Origin: Candidatus Bathyarchaeia archaeon
GTDB taxonomy: Archaea > Thermoproteota > Bathyarchaeia > Bathyarchaeales > Bathycorpusculaceae
NCBI GenBank assembly: GCA_038883775.1
Contig: JAVZLM010000005.1
Location: 32,001 to 96,000 of the forward strand
Direction: 5' to 3'
DNA: 64,000 nt
Part shown: positions 8,658 through 18,692 of the stretch, in pieces
Layout: every line of letters starts with the position of its first letter
Position numbering within the stretch: the stretch's first letter is position 1
Notes under the pieces: model-generated
Told to the model about the DNA's origin: nothing
What the model saw: the letters and a program-made list of their open reading frames with translations, nothing else
Database searches by the model: none
Position numbers and translations under genes: made by a program

Positions 8658-10358
8658 ATGCCAACAATAGACGTTGATTATGCGGATTTTGAAAGAATGC
8701 TTGGCATAGAACTGCACATGAACATGGAAAGGCTTAATGAAATCTTAGCTTATGTTAAGGGTGAAGTGAAACTTTTCGATGAAAAAGAAGGCGTAGTGAG
8801 CATTGAAATTAAAGATACAAACCGCCCAGACATATGGAACATTGAAGGCTTAACCCGCACCTTGCGGGGCTTTTTGGGGTTGGAAGAGGGGTTAAAGGCG
8901 TATACTGTGAACAAGCCTATAATTGAGGTTTATGTGAACCCACGGCTTAAGGATATTAGACCATTCATAGGCTGCTCAATAGTTAAAGACGTTAAACTAA
9001 CAGACACAATAATCCGCGGGCTCATGCACTTGCAAGACAAACTGGACCAGACTTATGGAAGGAATAGGCAGCGTACATCTATTGGATTGTATGACTTCAG
9101 CCTGATAACGCCGCCGCTTTATTATGGAGTTGCCAAGCCAACAGAAGTTAGTTTTGTCCCGCTTGGTTTTGAGGAAAAAATGAATTTAGAGGAAATTTTA
9201 GAGCGGCATCCGAAGGGTATAGAGTATGGGCATATAGTGAAAAAGCATCCAGTTTATCCCATACTCCAAGATTCAAAAAGCAAAGTGCTATCCTTCCCGC
9301 CAATAATAAACTCAAACGATTTAGGAAGAGTAACAGAGCAAACACGGCATGTGCTTGTTGAAGTGACGGGGACGATGCATGAAACAGTTCTTAACACTTT
9401 GAAAATTGTTACGCTCTCTTTAATTGACCGTGGAGGAAAAGCCTACTCCGCCACAATCCACTATCCACATGAAAACATGAAAGTGGTTACGCCAAACCTT
9501 AAAACATGGCTTATGGAATTGAATATTGAATACGTAAACAAGGTTTTAGGTTTGCAGTTAACGGCTAAAGAAATAGCCCAGCTTCTTATAAAGGCACGGT
9601 TCGGCATCCAAAAACTTGAAAGCCATAAGGTAATCGTGAAGATTCCCTGTTATAGAATTGATGTGATGCATCCAATAGATTTGGTGGAAGACATAGCAAT
9701 AGCCTATGGATACAACAATATCAAGCCTTTATGGCGCAAACTTCCAACAACAGGCGGCGTAAACCCAAAACAAGGGTTTTTGAATGTGGCGAGGGAGTTG
9801 ATGATTGGCTTAGGATTCCAAGAAGCCCTAACATACACGATGACGAATCCAGAAAACCTATTCACAAAAATGAACTGCAAGAAAACTCGAATAGTGGAGG
9901 TTGCAAACCCAAAAGTTCAAACCTTCACTTGCCTAAGAAACTGGCTTCTCCCAAGCCTCATGGAATTTTTAAGCAACAACCTCCATGTGGAATATCCACA
10001 AAAAATCTTCGAGTTGGGCACGGTTACGCTTTTGGACGAGAAAAGGGAAACAAAAACAAGAGATGAGGAAAGACTTGCAGCGGCTATTTCCCACGCAAAC
10101 GCCAGCTTCAGCGAAATAAAATCTGTTTTGGATGCGTTCCTCATGAATCTTGGTTTTGAATGGCAAATAAAAGAGATTAAACATCCAAGCTTTATTGAAG
10201 GACGAGTAGGCGCAGCAATAGTGAATGACGAAAACGTGGGCGTCTTAGGCGAAATTCACCCAAAAGTTTTGGAAGCATGGAAACTCGAAAACCCAGTGGC
10301 AGCCTTCGAAATAAACATGGAAACAATAATTCACGCAAAACCTAGAGGGGAGGGGTAG
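8658..10358 (+). CDS. pheT: Phenylalanine--tRNA ligase beta subunit
   Basis: NRPD, SFPPIINS, DLVEDIAIAYGY and GEIHP; directly follows pheS. Confidence 0.97.
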   Translation: MPTIDVDYADFERMLGIELHMNMERLNEILAYVKGEVKLFDEKEGVVSIEIKDTNRPDIWNIEGLTRTLRGFLGLEEGLKAYTVNKPIIEVYVNPRLKDIRPFIGCSIVKDVKLTDTIIRGLMHLQDKLDQTYGRNRQRTSIGLYDFSLITPPLYYGVAKPTEVSFVPLGFEEKMNLEEILERHPKGIEYGHIVKKHPVYPILQDSKSKVLSFPPIINSNDLGRVTEQTRHVLVEVTGTMHETVLNTLKIVTLSLIDRGGKAYSATIHYPHENMKVVTPNLKTWLMELNIEYVNKVLGLQLTAKEIAQLLIKARFGIQKLESHKVIVKIPCYRIDVMHPIDLVEDIAIAYGYNNIKPLWRKLPTTGGVNPKQGFLNVARELMIGLGFQEALTYTMTNPENLFTKMNCKKTRIVEVANPKVQTFTCLRNWLLPSLMEFLSNNLHVEYPQKIFELGTVTLLDEKRETKTRDEERLAAAISHANASFSEIKSVLDAFLMNLGFEWQIKEIKHPSFIEGRVGAAIVNDENVGVLGEIHPKVLEAWKLENPVAAFEINMETIIHAKPRGEG

Positions 10359-10463
10359 GGAAAATAAAACAGAAAAACAGTCCAAATTCTTTGCAAACAG
10401 CAACATTTAACTTACCGAAAAATAAAACTACAAATTGGCAATGACCTCCTTGAGCCTCTTAAT

Positions 10464-10649
10464 CCCACCGAAAAATTCATGCAGACGGACCCAACAGAGG
10501 CGAAAAGCCGTTGAAGGCGGGTTTACCCAAGCATGAGACACGGTGGGCGCGGGCGCAAAACTCCCACACTGGAGAGAGCTTAACCGAGAGGAGCGCAAAG
10601 CTCCACAATGAAGTTAAGTGATAGGTTGGGTGGGAAACAAACGCCCGCG
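10464..10649 (+). ncRNA. Putative tandem H/ACA-like (K-turn) small RNA
   Basis: Two GC-rich hairpin domains. Each has a lower stem, internal loop, upper stem, K-turn-like GA pairs and a 3' ACA (10538-10540 and 10637-10639). Confidence 0.55.
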
Positions 10650-10659
10650 AAACAACCTT

Positions 10660-11354
10660 TTAAATTACTTTGTTGTCTTTTTTTCTGCCGAGGGCAACAA
10701 TCACTCCTGCTATATATCTTAATGGCGTTCTCTCAAGAAAATCCTCAATTATTAACATTATTTTAAACAGCTTAAGGGACATCTGAAGCTTAACATGCAC
10801 GAGGAGCCACCCAAGAGGGAAGAAACTACTTTCAAAGATTTGAACGTCCTCAGGATTTAACCCAGCATTTTGAAGCATCTTTCTTAATTGGAATCTTGTT
10901 AAATATTTTTCTATGGGTGGTGGGTTATGGTGAGTAAGAATCTGCGCTACCTTACTCATGTCTATGGGGCACAGTTTATTGGGAGTAGCTATGACTATTT
11001 TATCTCTACCGATTCTAACAATTTCTTTTATGCCTTTAGATGGAATACATAAATGTTCGACTACATCAGCGCTGAAAACAACATCAAAAGAGTTATCCTT
11101 AAACGGTATGTTTTCAGCGTCGGCGACCAAAAGGTCAACATAATCTTTGGTTGCAAGTTTTACTTTGGCAATAGTCACCGCTTCCCTTGAAATATCATAC
11201 CTACACAAAACGGAATACCTTGCTTCTTAAAATATACAAGGTAACGCCCATCACCACAACCGACATCGATTAAACTTCCAGCCCTAAAAAAGCCTAATTT
11301 CTCAGGGGTTTTTAGTCGAATACTCATATGGTGCCATTGGCCAAAATCTTGCAC
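10660..11354 (-). pseudogene. Class I SAM-dependent methyltransferase, frameshifted at ~11196
   Basis: Motif I (LIDVGCGDG) is in a different frame from DISREAV..ADAENIPFKDNSFD..VVEH; one base is missing. Confidence 0.75.
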
Positions 11355-11519
11355 TTTCTAACCCATTATTCCATGTACTACTAAACTTTATCTTAGGTAT
11401 GATATTTAAATATAAATATTAAGTTTTCAAGTCTTTCTCCAAATATTCTACTAAATAAAGTGTAGCGAAACAACTTTTAAGTTTCACTTGCGCATAAAAT
11501 GTAGAAGGCTTGATAGGGT

Positions 11520-12596
11520 TTGGATATAGAAACAAAAATTGAATTAATCAAAAAACCGCCAACAGAAGAAATCCTAGTGGAAGAAGAGTTAAGGGAACTT
11601 TTACAAACAAACGAGCACCCCGGGCATTACATAGGCTTTGAAACTTCAGGCTTACTCCATTTGGGAAACCTTGTCATTTCAGGCTTCAAAATAAACGATT
11701 TCATAAAGGCTGGAATAAGATGCCAAGTTTATTTTGCGGACTGGCACAGCTTCATAAACAACAAGTTCGGCGGAGACTGGAACAAGATTCACAAAGCAGC
11801 AGAATATTATGAGAAAGCCTTCAAATTTTTCTGTCCAGGAGTTAAGACTGTTTTAGGTTCAGAATTATACAAGAACAACCTTGAATATTGGAGAAAAGTT
11901 CTCACGTTCTCTAAGCACATGACAATTGCCAGAAGCCTAAGATGCATGACAATAATGGGAAGAAGCGAACACGAAAAACTTGACCTTTCACAATACTTCT
12001 ATCCACCAATGCAAGCAGTAGACATAAAGGAGATAGGTGCAGACATACCCCACGGCGGAATGGACCAAAGAAAAGCCCACGTTTTAGCGAGAGAAATTTT
12101 CCCAAAAATGGGATGGAAAAAACCCGTGGCAGTTCATCACCACCTTCTCATGGGAATTGCAAAACCAGTAGAGCTAAAGTCAAAGGATAAACTGGAACAG
12201 GTTATAGCAAGCAAAATGAGCAAGTCAAAACCATGGACAGCCATATTCATCCACGACACAGAAGAACAAATAAGGGCAAAACTGCACAAAGCCTGGTGTC
12301 CAGAAAAACAAACAGAGGCAAACCCAATTCTGGAAATAGTGAAGTACATAATATTCCATGAAAAGGAAGCCTTCCAAATAAAGAGACCAGCAAAATTCGG
12401 AGGAACAACCCAATTCGAAAGCTACGAAGAGTTAGAAAGGGCTTATAGAAACGGCGAAGTGCACCCTCAAGACCTCAAAAATGCGGTGGCAAAGGAAATA
12501 GCAAAAATGCTAGAACCAATAAGGAAATATTTCGAAACAGACAAAGAAGCAAAAGAATGCTTAGAAATTGTTAAAAAGGCTGAAATAACAAGGTAA
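11520..12596 (+). CDS. tyrS: Tyrosine--tRNA ligase
   Basis: YIGFETSG..HLGN, YPPMQAVD, GGMDQRK and KMSKS. Confidence 0.97.
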   Translation: MDIETKIELIKKPPTEEILVEEELRELLQTNEHPGHYIGFETSGLLHLGNLVISGFKINDFIKAGIRCQVYFADWHSFINNKFGGDWNKIHKAAEYYEKAFKFFCPGVKTVLGSELYKNNLEYWRKVLTFSKHMTIARSLRCMTIMGRSEHEKLDLSQYFYPPMQAVDIKEIGADIPHGGMDQRKAHVLAREIFPKMGWKKPVAVHHHLLMGIAKPVELKSKDKLEQVIASKMSKSKPWTAIFIHDTEEQIRAKLHKAWCPEKQTEANPILEIVKYIIFHEKEAFQIKRPAKFGGTTQFESYEELERAYRNGEVHPQDLKNAVAKEIAKMLEPIRKYFETDKEAKECLEIVKKAEITR

Positions 12597-12601
12597 AAAT
12601 T

Positions 12602-13018
12602 TTGTCCACACGCCTAAAAGAGAAAGGGGAAAAAATTCTGCAAATTCTGGAGCGATTAGCCGAAGAAAACCAAAAAGGAACACCAATAATTGTGGAAGGA
12701 AAAAAGGACATAGAAGCCCTAAAAGCGCTTAATGTGGAAGGCAAAATAATATCAGCAAAAACAGGCGGCAAAAATCTTCTAGACACCATTTCAGAATTAG
12801 AAAAAACCCGAACACAAAAAGTCATCTTATTGTTGGATTTTGACAGAAGAGGAAAAGAACTAACAGAAAACCTAGCAAAACATTTGGAAAAAATGAAAAT
12901 GGATGTTAATTTACGATTTTGGCGGGAACTTATAGGGCTTGTCGGTAAAGAGTTGAAAGATGTTGAGGGTTTAGCCACATACATAGAAACCTTAAAGAAG
13001 AAGATTAGTAATTCATAA
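12602..13018 (+). CDS. Small stand-alone Toprim-domain protein
   Basis: IIVEGKKD and LLDFDRRG. Confidence 0.9.
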   Translation: MSTRLKEKGEKILQILERLAEENQKGTPIIVEGKKDIEALKALNVEGKIISAKTGGKNLLDTISELEKTRTQKVILLLDFDRRGKELTENLAKHLEKMKMDVNLRFWRELIGLVGKELKDVEGLATYIETLKKKISNS

Positions 13019-13126
13019 AAGTAATAAAGAGCCCAAGTTAACAATCATGTGAAACTGAGAGCCAAAATTACTCTCATCACGTGATTAAAACTAACCTTTA
13101 AACAAAATCAGTTGGAGGTGACGCTT

Positions 13127-14278
13127 ACGGGTTCATCACAAACGTTTACCATAAAGTATGTCATCCACGCAAAATTCGAAATAGAAGGCGTAGTGGAAAA
13201 GCCAGACGTTATAGGAGCAGTTTTTGGACAAACAGAAGGCTTATTCGGACCAGAACTCGACTTGAGAGAACTGCAAAAGTCTGGCAGAATTGGAAGAATA
13301 GAAATTGAGCTTCATTCTAAAAACGATAGAACTACTGGCACGATAACAATCCCAACAAGCCTCGACAGAGTCTCCACAGCCCTAATCGCAGCAAGCATAG
13401 AAAGCATAAACCGAGTTGGACCATGCGCCTCAAAAGTAACCCTAGAAAAAATTGAAGACGTAAGAGAAGCCAGAAGAAAAATGATAATCGACAGAGCCAA
13501 GGAGATTCTCCACAAATGGACCATCGAAACCATGCCCTCAGTCGACGAGGTCTTCAAAGAAGTTGCGGAAACTCTGAAAGCTGTAAAGGTCGAAAAATAC
13601 GGACCAGAAGAGTTGTCCGCTGGACCAGAAGTTGACAGCGCTAAGGAGATAATTATTGTTGAGGGAAGGGCGGACGTAATAAACCTTATGCGTTGCGGAA
13701 TGCTCAACGTCATAGCTCTTGAAGGAGCAAAGGTTCCAGAAACGATAAAGCGACTCTCAAAAGAAAAAGAGGCAACTGCGCTTCTCGACGGAGACAGAGG
13801 TGGAGACCTAATCCTAAAAGAGCTGATGCAGGTAACAAACGTCAAGTATGTTGCCAGAGCCCCACGAGGAAAAGAGGTTGAAGAATTAAACTGTAAAGAA
13901 ATTTTTGAGGCGTTAGAAGCGAAGGTTCCGATAGAAGAAGCGCTTAAACCACCACGAAAAGAAAAGCACAAAATAGAGGTCCCGAAGGAAATCGTCCAAC
14001 TAACGAAGGGCTTGGAGGGAACATTAGAGGCTATTCTTTTGAATGATAAGTTGGAGCAGATTGAGCGATTGCCAGTAAGCCAACTAGCCGAAAAACTTCA
14101 GCAAACAGAAGGCGTAAACACAGTCATATTCGATGGAGTAATAACCCAGAGGATAGTTGACGTGGCAAGCGAGAAAAACATAAAAAACATTATTGCCTCA
14201 CGCATATCAGATGCTGTCAAGCCACCATTAAACGTTCAATTACTAACATTCACAGACATTGAAACGCAAAAGGAATAA
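13127..14278 (+). CDS. dnaG: Archaeal DnaG (primase-like, exosome-associated); start either ACG 13127 or TTG 13112
   Basis: GVVEKPDVIGAVFGQTEGL, VEGRADV, DGDRGG and GKEVEEL. Confidence 0.93.
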   Translation, partial: TGSSQTFTIKYVIHAKFEIEGVVEKPDVIGAVFGQTEGLFGPELDLRELQKSGRIGRIEIELHSKNDRTTGTITIPTSLDRVSTALIAASIESINRVGPCASKVTLEKIEDVREARRKMIIDRAKEILHKWTIETMPSVDEVFKEVAETLKAVKVEKYGPEELSAGPEVDSAKEIIIVEGRADVINLMRCGMLNVIALEGAKVPETIKRLSKEKEATALLDGDRGGDLILKELMQVTNVKYVARAPRGKEVEELNCKEIFEALEAKVPIEEALKPPRKEKHKIEVPKEIVQLTKGLEGTLEAILLNDKLEQIERLPVSQLAEKLQQTEGVNTVIFDGVITQRIVDVASEKNIKNIIASRISDAVKPPLNVQLLTFTDIETQKE

Positions 14279-14286
14279 AAAGCAAG

Positions 14287-16671
14287 CTAAGCTCGGAAAA
14301 AGTCTGTTAGCTTTCTAGTTTCTTTTTCCTCCACTTTTGAACTCAATAGTTCTTCTTCTGTTATGCCGAAACTTTCGAGAACTCTAGCTGCTGCGGGGAC
14401 AATTTGCTTTGATATGTAATATTCCATGTCCACCTCATCATAAGAAGCAAACATATAGGGCTTAACACGCTCATATAAGCGTCCAGCGCCAACAACCACC
14501 ACATAGCCAATTTTGTCGCCAACGGAAAGCTTCCAGCCCTTATCCATCAACATCTTCGCAGCCTCCACATGGGAAGCCTTAACCTCATACTCTTCTGGAG
14601 CTTTTGTCAATGTCTTCCATATTATTAGGTCTCGATATGGAATGCGCTTCTGCCTCAACTCGTAAATGGTTTCCTGCACGTATTTTGCGGCTTTTCTCGG
14701 AGACTGTTCCTTCAAAACTATTTCTAAAACCCGCTCCTGCACTTTTTTGGCTATAGATGCCCAATCTCCACGAATAACTTCTAAACCAACAATATCAAGC
14801 TGTCCATCAGGCAAGAGCCCTGCATAACGTTTTTTGGCTTCTGTAAAGAAAATGCGCACATAAATCTTGTCTGGCTTAACCTCTAAACCTAACTTCTCTT
14901 CAATTTCCTTTAACAATTTGTCAATTTTTTCCGGCTCATGCTTTACGAAGATACTGTCAGTATCGCCATAAACAACTTTCAATCCAGCCTTTTCAGCCAT
15001 TTCAATAGCATTTGATATCGTGTGTCTTCCCCAGGCTGTGGCCGCCTCCGCCACGGGCTTTATGTACCATCTTGCGCCTATCCAACCAGCATAACCATAC
15101 GAAGCATTAGTAATAACCTTCACAGCTTTTTGACGAGCATCCAAAACCCGATATTCAACACTTTCAACGGCGGTTTTCTTCATTTTTGAGCGAATTTCAT
15201 CCCGCACTTTAATGAGGTAAGAGAGCACTTCTTTGTAGAAGCCTACTGGTTCTTTTCGGAATCTATGTTTAACTTCTGGGGCTTCGTAAAAACCGCTTTG
15301 GGGTGGCTGTTCTTTAGACGATATGTACGTGTCTGGAGACAAGTTGTAGGTTATCATAAGGTTTGGATACATAGCTTTAAAGTCCAAAACAGCAATGTTT
15401 TCATGCAAGCCCGGTTCTGGCTTAAGCACAATAGCGCCAGCGTATGGTCTGTAGGGCTGTTCAATCCTTTTCGGCACGAGTTCGCCGATTTTTTGTACAT
15501 ACTTTATTAGGAACCATTCCACGCGGAAGCCTACGGCTGCCGTGCCAACATGATCTATCGGTAAGCCTACAAGGTTTGAGAGTTGCATGGCAAAATCCAA
15601 AAGGGCTTGAGCTATGCCCATCACGCATTTTGTGTTTTCCATAGAGAATTTCTTTAAAATTTCCCGTTTTCCTTTGTCATCCCAGTAATCAGCAAAATCC
15701 ACATCCTCAATTAATGTTCGCTCCTCAATTTTCATAACCCCCAAATAATCAGCCAAATTCTCCAAAGTCTTAACCTTAATTTCTGGAAATTCATGAGCAT
15801 AATCCAACAAGTCAATGTTAGCCCTTCCAGTTATTGAAACGTGTCCATAAACGCTTGTGTGCGGTTCCGTTCCAGCCCTATCAACATGCAACCGCAATCC
15901 AACTTTCTTACATCTTTCGTTGAGATATGGCCAATCTTGCCCGTTTATGCCAAAGCCAACAATAATGTCTGGGTCAAACTTTCGAACATAATCCATAAAA
16001 GCTTCTAAAATTGGCTTGTCGTTTTTGCTTTCGTCAGCAACAAACTGTTTTTCTTCGCCATTGTTTGTTGCCACAGAAAATATTATCACGGGGTTTCTGT
16101 CTGGTTTTGGCGTACCTTCGCGACTGTAGCAGATTGTTGAGAAACCCAAAATTCGTAAGGATGGAACTTCGGCTTTTTCGATAGATTTTGGGTAAGATGT
16201 TGCAGCATAAACCTTGTCAACTTGAACGGCTAATGTGCTTTTTTCTTCAACCACTTCTATCTCGTGCCATCCGCAAGGCGCCACATCATTGTCTATTAGG
16301 TAGCGCATGGAATATCGAATGTCATCTTCGAGGCACTCCTTAACGCCTTCAATTTTTCGAAAAGCCTTGGCATATTTTGGTATAACATCAGGATTTTTAC
16401 AATAAACTTTTATGGCTTTCACTGGTTTTCCAAAAAACCTGCGTTCAACAACCTCAAGCCTTTCCACAATGGGATAATGCGCCTTCTCAACTTCTTTAAC
16501 AACTTTATCCGCATTTACGCCTTCTTCAGTAATAATGTAAAAGTAGTCAAGAAAATTTCTATCAATAACAAGAATGCGCTTTCCAGATTCGTCTATGCCC
16601 CAAAGCCAAATTTCAGGCACATCATTCTTTACCTCATAATTCACGTCTAAAAGCCAAAACCGAGTTTTCAT
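14287..16671 (-). CDS. polB: Family B DNA polymerase (PolB3-like) with degenerate 3'-5' exonuclease motifs
   Basis: DFKAMYP, KVITNASYGY, YGDTDS and KKRY; C-terminal PIP-like LTDFF. Confidence 0.93.
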   Translation of the reverse strand: MKTRFWLLDVNYEVKNDVPEIWLWGIDESGKRILVIDRNFLDYFYIITEEGVNADKVVKEVEKAHYPIVERLEVVERRFFGKPVKAIKVYCKNPDVIPKYAKAFRKIEGVKECLEDDIRYSMRYLIDNDVAPCGWHEIEVVEEKSTLAVQVDKVYAATSYPKSIEKAEVPSLRILGFSTICYSREGTPKPDRNPVIIFSVATNNGEEKQFVADESKNDKPILEAFMDYVRKFDPDIIVGFGINGQDWPYLNERCKKVGLRLHVDRAGTEPHTSVYGHVSITGRANIDLLDYAHEFPEIKVKTLENLADYLGVMKIEERTLIEDVDFADYWDDKGKREILKKFSMENTKCVMGIAQALLDFAMQLSNLVGLPIDHVGTAAVGFRVEWFLIKYVQKIGELVPKRIEQPYRPYAGAIVLKPEPGLHENIAVLDFKAMYPNLMITYNLSPDTYISSKEQPPQSGFYEAPEVKHRFRKEPVGFYKEVLSYLIKVRDEIRSKMKKTAVESVEYRVLDARQKAVKVITNASYGYAGWIGARWYIKPVAEAATAWGRHTISNAIEMAEKAGLKVVYGDTDSIFVKHEPEKIDKLLKEIEEKLGLEVKPDKIYVRIFFTEAKKRYAGLLPDGQLDIVGLEVIRGDWASIAKKVQERVLEIVLKEQSPRKAAKYVQETIYELRQKRIPYRDLIIWKTLTKAPEEYEVKASHVEAAKMLMDKGWKLSVGDKIGYVVVVGAGRLYERVKPYMFASYDEVDMEYYISKQIVPAAARVLESFGITEEELLSSKVEEKETRKLTDFFRA

Positions 16672-16743
16672 AACTTGTCGCCCCCTCAAAATGAATAGTG
16701 AAGAAAAGTTTCTTTTAACACTTTTTAATGATGTTCTTCCTTG

Positions 16744-17529
16744 CTATTCTGTGTTTGATAACAACTCTTTTCTTTTAAGAAAAACCATTATTGGGATGGC
16801 TATAATGTAAAAAGTTATGCTTAGAATATACCCGTTCTCTTGAGAAGTTACAATGCCGAAAGGTATGGAGCTCCCAATGAAAATCGTGAATGAGTGGTAG
16901 GTTATGGTTCCAATTGTTGTTTTTCCAGTGCTCGTATAGAAGTATCCAAGAAAAATTCCAGTTATGGTGGCGAAAAGCACAAAAAGAGTCCAGTAGGTGA
17001 ACGTGAGAATGGAAAATGGAGAAACAAAGATGTAAACTAATGAGAGATGATAAAGTCCGAAGAGAATGGAGGAATATGCTATTGCTTCAATGTTGGAAAA
17101 AGCCTTGCAAAAATTTCTAAGAATGTACCCTCTAAAAGCAGTTTCTTCCACAAGACCAACTATTAAAGCCAATAAAATGTTGTAGGGAATCGTGAACATG
17201 CCATGCTGGAGGGTGGATGAAGGCCCCAAAGAAAATAGTGAAGCGCCTATCACAATCAAATATGAGCTATAGGCAACTGCAAAAATGAAACCAACGATAA
17301 AATATTTTTTCCAAGCTTTATGTTTTGTAATTCCTAAATCGCTTATTTTCTGTTTATCGAGGACAAAGAAACAAACCTCCACCATAAAGACTACGAGGTA
17401 GGCAAACAGCCAATACTTGCTTAGGAACGGAAAAAGAAAAGTGATATAGTAAAGAACATGCCAGGTTAAGAAGAGAACTAGAAAAAGCAAAATAGCCTTT
17501 CTTACATTAACATTCATAGTCCATTCCAA
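16744..17529 (-). CDS. CPBP (CAAX/Abi) family intramembrane protease
   Basis: Multi-TM; VEETAFRG, FGLYH and a distal His. Confidence 0.88.
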   Translation of the reverse strand: MEWTMNVNVRKAILLFLVLFLTWHVLYYITFLFPFLSKYWLFAYLVVFMVEVCFFVLDKQKISDLGITKHKAWKKYFIVGFIFAVAYSSYLIVIGASLFSLGPSSTLQHGMFTIPYNILLALIVGLVEETAFRGYILRNFCKAFSNIEAIAYSSILFGLYHLSLVYIFVSPFSILTFTYWTLFVLFATITGIFLGYFYTSTGKTTIGTITYHSFTIFIGSSIPFGIVTSQENGYILSITFYIIAIPIMVFLKRKELLSNTE

Positions 17530-17610
17530 AGAAGTATCAAGAATAAATAATTTAACACTTTTTAATAGTCACCAATGCTATTGCATAAATGTGCGAAGAG
17601 GCTAAAAGCT

Positions 17611-18690
17611 TTGAAAATCTTAGAGATGAATTTGAAAAAGGGTATTGTTAAGGTAGTGCCCGAAACATTCGATGACTTATGGCATTTATACAACATAATC
17701 TATGAAAAAGATGAGGTTTATGCTCGCACATCAAGGGAAATAAAGCCAGAAGAAGGTGGATACGCCAGACCAAAACGTGGCAAAAGAGTACCCGTATTTT
17801 TAGGAGTTATTGTTGAAAGCGTTAAATGGGATAAGCTTTTGGGCAGGCTTAGGGTTCATGGAAAAATTTGCGAAGCCCCAGAAATTGTTCCAACAGGTGC
17901 CAGTCACACGCTTAACATTGCCTTAGACATGCCAGTAACCATCGTGAAGAAAGAGTGGGCTAAGCATCATCTTGAAAGGTTAGAGTGGGCATCTAAAACC
18001 CTAGAAAAACCAGTGATAATCATTGCCATAGACGATGACGGTTATGCTATAGCAACAACAGCCCAATACGGCGTAGAAGTAAAAGCAGAAGAAAGCATAA
18101 GGCTTCCTGGAAAATTGGAAGCAGAGAAAAGAGCAAACGCAACAAAAGAATACTTTACAAAAGCATTGGACAGTTTACGCCAAGTTTGGGCTGCCACCCA
18201 AGGTCCAATAGCCATTATAGGCGTTGGCTTTGTAAAAAATGATTTTGCAAAATTTGTGGAAAATGAAGCTCCCGACATCGCAGGAATGGTTGTAGATGTC
18301 AAAAGCGTTAATAACGGTGGCGTGGCTGGAATTTATGAAGCCTTCCGTTCTGGCGTGCTGTTAAAGGCTATGAAACAACAACGAATCATCAAAGAAACAG
18401 AAATCGTGGAAGAAATTCTGAAAAGGATTGGGAAAGGCGAAGCAAACGTTGCTTATGGGTTTGATGAAGTTAAAAAAGCCGCAGAATTGGGCGCTGTGGA
18501 AAAACTTGTCTTAACAGATATAATGTTGCGTGAAGCCTCAGACGAAAAAAGGCTAAGCTTGGAAGATTTAATGAAAAATGTTGAAAAGCGAGGCGGAAAC
18601 ATAACTGTGATAAGCACGGAACACGAAGCCGGAGCGAAGCTTACAGCTCTCGGCGGAATAGCAGCCCTACTACGCTTTTCACTACGTTAA
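17611..18690 (+). CDS. pelA: Pelota ribosome-rescue factor
   Basis: DDLWHL, RLRVHG, HTLN, VAYG and LGGIAALLRF. Confidence 0.95.
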   Translation: MKILEMNLKKGIVKVVPETFDDLWHLYNIIYEKDEVYARTSREIKPEEGGYARPKRGKRVPVFLGVIVESVKWDKLLGRLRVHGKICEAPEIVPTGASHTLNIALDMPVTIVKKEWAKHHLERLEWASKTLEKPVIIIAIDDDGYAIATTAQYGVEVKAEESIRLPGKLEAEKRANATKEYFTKALDSLRQVWAATQGPIAIIGVGFVKNDFAKFVENEAPDIAGMVVDVKSVNNGGVAGIYEAFRSGVLLKAMKQQRIIKETEIVEEILKRIGKGEANVAYGFDEVKKAAELGAVEKLVLTDIMLREASDEKRLSLEDLMKNVEKRGGNITVISTEHEAGAKLTALGGIAALLRFSLR

Positions 18691-18692
18691 GC

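Noticed and set aside
10464-10649. Structured RNA read as SRP RNA or a T-box
   Set aside because: There is no SRP helix-8 GGAA/AGCA motif, it is too short, it has no T-box sequence, and it lies downstream of pheT.
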